Below, in pieces: positions 27,561 through 36,770 of a DNA stretch of 64,000 nt. The position numbers and the translations under genes are program-made. Position 1 is the first letter of the stretch; every line of letters starts with the position of its first letter. Location of the stretch: assembly GCA_051362555.1 (NCBI GenBank), contig CM120642.1, forward strand, positions 7,564,001-7,628,000, given 5' to 3'. The notes under the pieces were generated by a model. That model was not told where the DNA came from. It searched no databases and was given only the letters and a program-made list of their open reading frames with translations. Origin of the DNA: Lingula anatina. Its lineage: Eukaryota; Animalia; Brachiopoda.

Positions 27561-27844
27561 CCAAAAGCCAAAACATCTGCAATACCAGTGCATAGGGAGT
27601 GAGAGATGGTGACAGTCTTTTTCCACTCTCTTTTGAACTTCATATAGTAGTATAATTTTCGTTGTACATGGTTTTTTTGCATTGCTTTGCAGTATTTTGA
27701 ACGTGTCTTCGTCGGTTAAAAGAAGCAGTGTTTGAGGGTGAGGGTGTCTAAACCAAAATGATATTCTTAATCCTACTATTCCTGTACAGTTTACATTATC
27801 ATAAAAAAAATTGATTTTTCCGAATCAAAATTAAGGAACGATTA

Positions 27845-28260
27845 TAGACATACGCGTACACTTACCTTGCAACCTCGGACACATCGACGACGAAGTTCAA
27901 CCGAAATGCTGTATCACAATATCATTTTCAGCTATCGACTTATATTAATGGACATAAACGTGTTCTCTGTTTACCTAGCTACTAATTGTGTGTTTAAACG
28001 GGAATGAATTGAGCTAATCCAGCACTCCAGACTCGGAATGGGGATGGCGGAAATGAGGGAAGCATCCAGACGTCGTGTCCGGAACAAAAACAGGGCATTA
28101 GTGTTCCAACCTGGACGGATATAGGCTCACAGTGATGACATCGATTAAAGCAAAATCCACAAAAAGTGACTCATAAGAGTGACGTCTGTAGTTTTCACAT
28201 ATTGTGTAATATTTGCGTAATTCTGACTTTTCCCATTATTTTTTGTTCTCTTTCGGATTA
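27845..28260 (-). promoter_or_regulatory. Putative non-coding exon 1 and promoter of channel copy 1 (homologous to about 42823-43200 of copy 2)
   Basis: High identity between the copies. Both have a GTAAGT donor on the minus strand (CTTAC at about 27861 and 42837). Confidence 0.6.
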
Positions 28261-29519
28261 TTACCTCCAATACAGAAAGAAATTGACAATTATTAAGTTT
28301 ATTTAAAAAACGCGACGTAAATATAACACAAAATATGGAAGAGTCACGTTTTATTTGTGACGGTCTCAAATTGGCCAAAACTAGTTTATGACATACTTAG
28401 CCACTGCGTAAGCTTACCTGTAATGCTGAGCGGAGAGAGATCGAATATGAGGAGGTTTATGTGAGAATAACTACGAATTAGTCAGCCGGTAAGTTAGTAA
28501 ACCCACAGGACAAAGACTTTGTGGCAGACGAGAAGAAATCGAACCGCTAATTATTGTTAACTGTAAAGGCACAATAGCTCTACTTAATGCCAGCAATTAG
28601 TCTTCACCCCAATGTGCTCGTGGTATTGACTAGGCTGTATATGTATAGGGACTCTTCTGAATCACTATACATGTAGATCGAATCACTATATAAAATATAG
28701 GCGTAAGATAAAGCATTAAGGTAACAATATTATAATGGACTATTCTAATATAAATTAATCTCCTCGCTAGGGGTCCGGTGCACACCCCCTGGCAATCGCA
28801 CGAATATAAAAGGAAGCAATTTAGCGTTTTATCATGTGTGCTATTTTAATTATACTTAAATTGGTGTCAGCTAAAACATAGGGCGATTTCAAGTAATCTA
28901 ATGCTCTAATGCACTTTAAAAGGCCACTTGTATCTGTTTATTAACACGTCATGACTAATGGAAAGTGACGTGCATAAGTTATGGGTTCCACATTTTGACC
29001 ACGTTAATTACCGTTGGATTTGAAAGGAATCTAGAGTGATATCGATAAAACTTAAGCTCAACGTACTTGACAAACTGATCGTCAAATTTACCAGTGCAAC
29101 CTGTTAATTACCATCAAACAGTACACCACAGTTGCGACTGTCATCTTATTGACACAGAGAGGGGTCGATTTTGTAAATGTTTCACACATTATAATCGTCA
29201 ATAAATCAATATTTTAAACGCCGGGTCGACAACTTGATGGTTTATACATGGTGTGCGGCAGTAATTGTACTCAGCGTAAGCAGTAGGCAGAGGTACCAGA
29301 AATAAGGAAAAATAAACTGTTAAATTGTAAATTTGGAAGGTAACAGTTGTGGGTCAATCATTAGATAAGTGATGATTTTTGGTGAAGATTCCTGGGAAGG
29401 TTAAGTTTTGTCGTAGGTACCGAGCACCGTGACAGGCTATTAAACCGGGAATCAAAAGTTATTTCCCCTTTTATTTTGCAAAGGACCACTCCAGTATTCC
29501 AGATATCATATATGAAACC

Positions 29520-29770
29520 TAGAAAAGCACTCCGAGAGCGCAGACCTCCGCCAAGGCAGCAATTTATTATTATTATTATTATTGATTATTGATTGATTAT
29601 TGATCCGGATCACCACCAAAAACTAATCATCTCTTCCTTGGCCCACTTCTGACAGTTCCTAAAAATTTCATCAAAATCGGTCCATAACTTTTTGAGTTAT
29701 GTTGGTGACAGACAAACAAACAAACAAACAGACAAACAGGGGTGAAAACATAACCTCCCTGGCGGAGGTA
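29520..29770. mobile_element. Short non-autonomous element with DINE-1/Helentron-like structure
   Basis: Subterminal inverted repeat ACCTCCGCCA (29544) / TGGCGGAGGT (29760), internal (CAAA)n microsatellite, terminal hairpin ACCTCC-CTGGC-GGAGGT. The family assignment is inferred from structure only. Confidence 0.55.
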
Positions 29771-30168
29771 ATAATTCGTTGAGCAAAACATATCATAAAC
29801 ATATTATACTGATTCTTCACACCTAATAGATACATCTCTTCGCCATATACATATGACATAAACACACTATGCAGTTTCCAAATTATTATGTCTTTGAAAC
29901 CCTGCCCGTTGCTTTGCAGGGTTTTAAATGCCCAAATGACCATCGATCAAAAAATCCCAAGTGGGATGGTTGGGAACTTGTTTTACATCTGCCTGCGTAA
30001 AGACATCTGTGGCTGTGTTAATTGATGCTTTAACAACCACTGCAGTAAGTAGACGGCTTGATTGCTATCGAAATTTGTGTCATGCTGGGGAGCCTGTAAT
30101 ACTTCAATTTACCCAATTGGAGAAAGACGTGACTGAACTTTTGTAGCCAAAACGGCGTTTGTTAAACT

Positions 30169-33100
30169 CTATACTCTCTTTCCAAACAGTTTCCGTAAAC
30201 TCACGCCCAGAACAAAGTCCACTATTTCAGCAGCTGTCATCAAGGTGCTCCCCAGCACGAGACCCAACGCTCCCCCGATATCTGCGAAGAGGGTCAGAGC
30301 GCTGTACGCCTCCTGTTGCACCACCTCCTCGACGCTGATGTCAGAATAGAAAATATTCAGCATGATGATATTTTCACGGAAGAACGATGTATCGGTGTTG
30401 TTGTACATCGCGATCAGTCTGTTTATGAATACTTCAGACATTCTGGTGTGTGAAATTGAGTGCGTATAAAGGGTACTTTGACAAGCCTCCATGCAATCAC
30501 AGCCATTGTAACCAGCCATCTGTTCTGTGCTAATATTGAAACATTCAAACATGATATCTTTGAGGTTACATGTTCGCTGATCATCGATTGTTTGATTGCC
30601 CGTTTTTGGTTGATAAAACATGCGGCAACCACATGTTTGTGTGTGATTTAGACTGAAAAGAAATATTTAAGTGTCTAATTAGAATAAGTTTCCACAGTTT
30701 CGATCTCATATTATTCATTCTCAAGTCAAAAACTATTTAGGGACTTTTTTAATGTTTTGAATTATTTGTAACTACTGATCGTGCGCGAATCATCTCATTT
30801 CACACACCACTTGCAAACACATTAACACAGTAAACATGGATGTTTGCTTTTTTCTGGACATTTTCCGGAAGACCATGACCCCCCCCCACACACACACACA
30901 CATGGTCAAAAATCGTTATATGTTCCTTAACGTTGCACGTATGCATAACTGCAAAGACGCGTGTAATGTATGGTAATTAATCAACCCTATGTGTTATAAC
31001 GGAGAATGCAACTAAACATACATTATACGATATAAAAAGTAATGTCATTTTCTCTTTTACAAAAGGTAATTCCCTTTTCTCTCTCTATATATATATTCTT
31101 AGGTAAAGAAGTTGATTTTTTTAATGTTAAATATTGTCAAAATGTCAAAAATCATTGTCACGCCTTGAAAAATACTGCAAAAAATGGCAGCTCCAGGTAA
31201 ACGAGAAAAAGTGCAAAATATTAATTTTCAACAAAGCTGGAAAAACAGAACAGCACCTAAAATTCACAATAAATGAAAATATCCTGGAAAACGTTACAGA
31301 ATATACTTATCTAGGTATCACCTTCACCAATACAGGTAACCTCAAGAAAGCAATACACAATCTAAAACAAAAAGCAATGAAGGCCATGTTTGCGCTTAAA
31401 AGCACTTTATAATACTACAGAAATAGGGACATTTTTTGCTCTGTTTAATAATTACAGGAAAACTTATGTGGCGAAGGGAGTCACCGTGATGTTTTGAAAT
31501 GGAATTTAAAAAATAATTATGCAATAAGGCTAATATATTATAATGGCACAATTAACATTAACAAAAATGAAACATGTAATTATTAAAGGTGGGGGTGCAA
31601 ATGCGCCCCACGTAGGAAAAGCTGTAGGGTGGGAGGTGGAAAGAAAAGGAAAGTAAACAAAGAGAAGGGAAGCAGAAACAAGAGACGATAAACGTAATAA
31701 TAAGAGTACGCGTAAAATTTAGAGTGCTTACCTTGTGATTCGTTCAGGAAATCGGAATAAAAATCTAACGATGAAATTTGATGTCTGTTCTTCCTGACAG
31801 CAATAGTGAGACTGGCCTTTGGTCACGTGTTATGGAAACTAGCTACTGATTGGTTCCGCATCGTCATAGTAGGTCAGAGGTCACGTACTGATAGTGTTAT
31901 AATCGCGTATAAACGAAATACCCCGATGACTCCCGAAAGTAATTCTGTGTATTATAAAGTCGGTTATAGCTTTGCGATAACCTTGTATTTATAATACTAC
32001 AGAAATAGGGACATTTTTTGCTCTGTTTAATAATTACAGGAAAACTTATGTGGCGAAGGGAGTCACCGTGATGTTTTGAAATGGAATTTAAAAAATAATT
32101 ATGCAATAAGGCTAATATATTATAATGGCACAATTAACATTAACAAAAATGAAACATGTAATTATTAAAGGTGGGGGTGCAAATGCGCCACAAAAAACCG
32201 GGTTTCCACTGAAAACCTAGGTTTTTTCCCCCCACCCAAAAAATGACCAAGGGCAGGTGAGGGTGGGAGTGGTGAACAAAAAACAAAAGACATATGTAAT
32301 ATATGGCACACGTATATGCGTGTTTTTATGAATTCCGTGAAACAGCACGCAAGTGAACGAAATATAGTCCACATATATTTAGTCTTTCATGTACTGCTTG
32401 TCTGTCAAGTACCTCTTACGTGAGACATGCAGGTAGAAGAGGCCTGGGAATGGCAAGGTATACGGAGTAAGGTACATGTAAAAAGTTGCTGCAATTAGCC
32501 CTCATACTGTGCTGGTTAGGAACATGAAAAAAGTACAGTAGGTAGGAACGGAGAACAAATCATATAAAAATACTATGGAAGGCATTGGAGTCCCAGCAGC
32601 CAAGTGAAAGAAGTCATAGGTCTGACAGCCCACAATGTGCGCCCAAACAAATATGAGCCAGTAAGTGGCATATGTAAAAATAGTATACGAAGCGTACTTG
32701 GCAAAAAAAATTTTTAATATGACATGAATGTCGTATGTGCCCTGGTAAGGGCAAATTATAAGTTGTTGATGTATATGCACCAAGGGGCTGGTATAAGCCC
32801 ATATAATGTTATGAACAAGTGCTAAAAGTAAACACCAAGATTAAGCCATCCGAATATACTTAAGGAACGCATTGGAGTGCCATCGGCCAAGTGAACGAAT
32901 TTGTTGATCAGACAGTCCACGCTGCGCTGCCAAAGTCGCTCCCCCAATGCGGAAACTGTGTGACCGTATGCGAGCACTGTTCAGGCCTGATTGAAGCAGG
33001 CATGCATCCAAGGTTCTGGTGAATTGCGACCGTGTAACAGGACTGCCGTCGCGGTGTATGAACAAGGGTGCATTAGATACTGTCGGCCGTATGTGTAGGA

Positions 33101-36100
33101 AGTTGGTCAAAGAAATCACCGGACAAATAACCGGCTGTGCAACTAACCGCACTCTATGAATGGAAGATGGCGCAGAATGTTTGAAGGAAGTAAACCGGAG
33201 TGTAAATGCAGAGCTTGAGTAATCCCAGTCAATGTTTTCCACTTTCAGGGTGTGATTAGTGGTCGCATCCGTTGTAATTTCACTCACGCGTAGGAGGCCA
33301 AAAAAGGCTGTTGTGAACATCGCTTGATACAATAAAATTTCATAGGAATCTGGAAGGCAGTATCTCAGGTTTTGTAGTAAGATATGGAGGATGGGCACTG
33401 TAATGGGTAATCTTGTATCCTGAGAAGGCATCTGTCTCACTAGACCCTTCAAGGTTTGTTGAACAATGAAAGATTTGGTGGGGTCTGGTAAACTGTCCAT
33501 TTTATACTTGTAGCTTAGTGCAGCCATGTAAGTTCTGATTGACGATGCCCTATACTTCTCGGCTAAATGTTGGGTGAACAAAGCAGTTACAGTGGCGTCT
33601 GCAGGAAAGGCACATAGTCCTGTAAGGTGGGAGAACTCTTGAAGGTGTCGTTCGATCTGCTGATACGTCCTATTGGTGTTGAGTGTCAGTGCAGACTGCA
33701 GTGTCTGTCTTAGTCGAAGATTAAGGTGGCTGGCATGAGACACCTGGGCAGGTGTTCTGGCTGGGGCAGTGCCGTGGGGATACTGCGCCGGAACGTCTGG
33801 AAATCGAAATGAGATAGGGAATCAGCGGCGGTATTGTGTTCTCCTGGTATGTGTTCCGCTTTGTGTAGAATATTCTTTTGTAGACATGTGAGAATTAGTT
33901 TGCGTAAAAGTTTAAGCAAAATTGGATCTTTAGTTGTACATTTGTTTAGAATAAAAATGAGAGCCCCATTGTCAGAATGTATAAGCACTTTCTTATCCCG
34001 GAAGTGGTCCTGCCAGAGCAAAAAAGCAGCAACAATAGGATAACACTCCAAGATCGTGATATGCAAAGTGGCAGCCTCCGGAGGCCAATGTCCGTAAAAC
34101 CATAAATTGCCAAAACATGCGCCAAATCCCTTCGTACTAGATGCATCAGTGTAGAGGTGTAATACATTGGGGTTGGTCCACTCTTCCTCATGGAAGAAGC
34201 CCCTGCCATTGAAAGAGAGAAGAAATGTCCGCCACATATTCAAATCCGCTCGAACCTCCTTATTAAGACGTATATGATGATGTGCTTTGGAAACACCCAT
34301 GGTAAGATCAATTAAGCGTCGCAAATATGGACGCCCTGCTGGAATTACATAGCAACAAAAATTTAAAAGACCTACTATGGATTGCATGTCCTTGAGAGTT
34401 ATTTTCTTGCGCTGCGAATAACTGTTGATGAGACTTAGGCATTTCTGAATTTTGTCCTGTGGCAGTCTAGCTTCTTGGAGGACAGTATCAAGCTCTATGC
34501 CCGCGAACGTGACAGTAGTAGCTGGAGTGGTGGTCTTCTCCTTTGATATAGGAATTCCCATATCAGAACAGGCAAGTAGGAAACGTTGGAGAGCATGTGT
34601 GCAACTGTCCTCGGATGGACTGATGATCAAGAAATCATCCAACAAATGTGTCATGTATGGAATACCCAACAGCGAGGTAGCGATCCATTGTAGAGCGGAG
34701 GAAAATGTCTCAAAGATATTGCAAGAGCATGACAGTCCCATGGGTAGTGTTCGGTCAAAATATAGAATACCCTGATACTGGAAGCCCAGCAGGAAGCGGT
34801 AATCTGGATGGATTGGGATAATGCGAAAAGCATTTTCAATGTCTGTTTTACAAAGGTATGAGCCCCGTCCTGCTTGTTGAATTAAGTTAATGGCATCAGC
34901 AACAGATGCATACTGAACAGAAGAAAATCGTTCGTCAATGCCATCATTGACTGAAAATCCCGCTGGGTGAGATAAGTGGTGGATGAAGCGAAATTTTCCA
35001 GGGGATGCTTTTGGCACTATTCCTACTGGGGAGACTGTAAAATGTAGATAAGGCGAGGTTAAATGTGGACCTGATAAACGTCGTGCTTGGAGTTCTGAAT
35101 TAATTTTGTCCTGAAGCTGTTGGGGCCAGTCCTTCGCCGAAGCCAGGTTTTGATGGGACTGAAGCGGAAGATGGCCATGAAAAGGAATGGTAAATCCGTC
35201 CCTAAAACCAGAAATCAAAAATGATGAGAGAGAGGAGTCATAATCCTGTAAGTAGTGGGATAATCTGATGTAATCCACCGGCGTAACAATGATAGTGTCA
35301 ATCGACTGGTGTTCCCGGTTTTCCTGGATGAAACGAGTGATTGGAGAGGCCCCTTCACTAGAACTTACGTTGTTGCCGAAGCCCTTTGGAATAGGGGTTT
35401 CGGTTGTAAGGGCGAAAGGAGGATTTCTGTCGATTGCGAAAGCAAGAGATACTGGGATGTGAACCTCTGCACCTTGAGCACTGATGGGAAAAGCGGCAGG
35501 TGGAGGCGTCACACTGCTGCCCCTCATTCCATCTGTTGCAGATACCCCTGTGGGAAGTTGAGGCCATGTCCTGAGAGGGGGGTCTTGCGATATAGGTCAA
35601 TTCCGCCAGAAGCACGCCATTAGGATCTTCCCAACGAAAATTGGGGTCAGTCTGTGTGGCCCGGAATTTTTCATCATAAAGACGCCAGTTGGCGTGACGA
35701 TTGGCCTGCATTTCTCCAATTCTGTTAGCATACTGTAGCAAAGGAACAGCCTGAAGGGGGTATTGTTGGAGGTAAATGGCCGAAAATATTTGAAAAGCAC
35801 ACTGCCACTGATTAGGTGAAATGGCATCAGTCTTTTTACTAGCAGGTGCCATGACAATGGAGAACTGGCCATCCTCATCAAATTGTTTCCTGTGAACGAA
35901 GTGCTCCTCGTCCTGCTTTTCTGCTCTGGACAAGGTGTTGGAGGTAGGGGGGATAAGACTTTTAATGGAAATTGGCTCCCTGTTCCAGATCTTTACTTTT
36001 GTGGCGCGTGGAACGTGTTGGTCAAGCGGAGTAGAGACATTACCTGAAGGAGCAGTTACAGCCGAGAAACTGTAGGCAGCTGGCATTCCATGTCCTGGGA

Positions 36101-36720
36101 TAGGCTGTGGAGGGAAACCATGCAAAGCTGGGTTACTCATGTGACCCATGGATGACTGTGGCATAGAGGGAGGATGGACACCCATGTGCCCATATGGCGG
36201 CAGTCCTTGAGTATACGTGGAGGGTGCAGCATGGGAGGGGTTACCCATGTAACCCGAATAGAAAGTACCAGGGGGTAAGGGGTTACCCATGTAACCCACA
36301 GATGGTGCTGTGAGAGTGTTGGTTGGTGGTGGGTTACCCAAGTAACCAGAGAAGTTTGGCAGGTTGGGAAAAGTGGTAGCCGAAAGGTTGGACGGTCCAC
36401 CAACAGCGGCAGTAGATAGGGTGGTGCTTGGAAGATGGGAGCTCACTGAGTGAGACATGGCTGGCAAATACGAAACGGCGCTAGCGGTCCTGGCAGGTGG
36501 GGTGGTGTTGATAGTTGCCGCATCGGTCAGAGCAGGAGGTGCGGCGACGGCACTGTGCATTGTAGGGGGATCTACGAGTTCTCTCCCGCTTTGTACCACC
36601 TGAACTGGTTCCCTGGAGGAGCCTTCTCCTGGGGGAGGGAGAGAGGGTATGTGACTCTGACTCATGACCTGAAAATCGAAAATAATAAGGTGACTCCCTG
36701 AGCAGAGGTAGGCCCTGCCA

Positions 36721-36770
<50 letters not shown>

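Noticed and set aside
28075-28110. GGAACA...TGTTCC inverted repeat in both channel promoters as a steroid response element
   Set aside because: The spacer is 15 nt in copy 1 and 5 nt in copy 2, not the required 3. The conservation is explained by recent duplication.
31411-32189. Repeats as an assembly artefact or ordinary LTRs
   Set aside because: The A1...B1-A2-B2 order, the shared TTTAT core and exact restoration of the host LINE frame fit a real split-direct-repeat element. There are no TG...CA LTR ends.
32841-33743. Phage integrase or bacterial contamination
   Set aside because: The ORF overlaps an RT/RNase H ORF within split direct repeats, inside a spliced animal gene. It is a DIRS-order recombinase.
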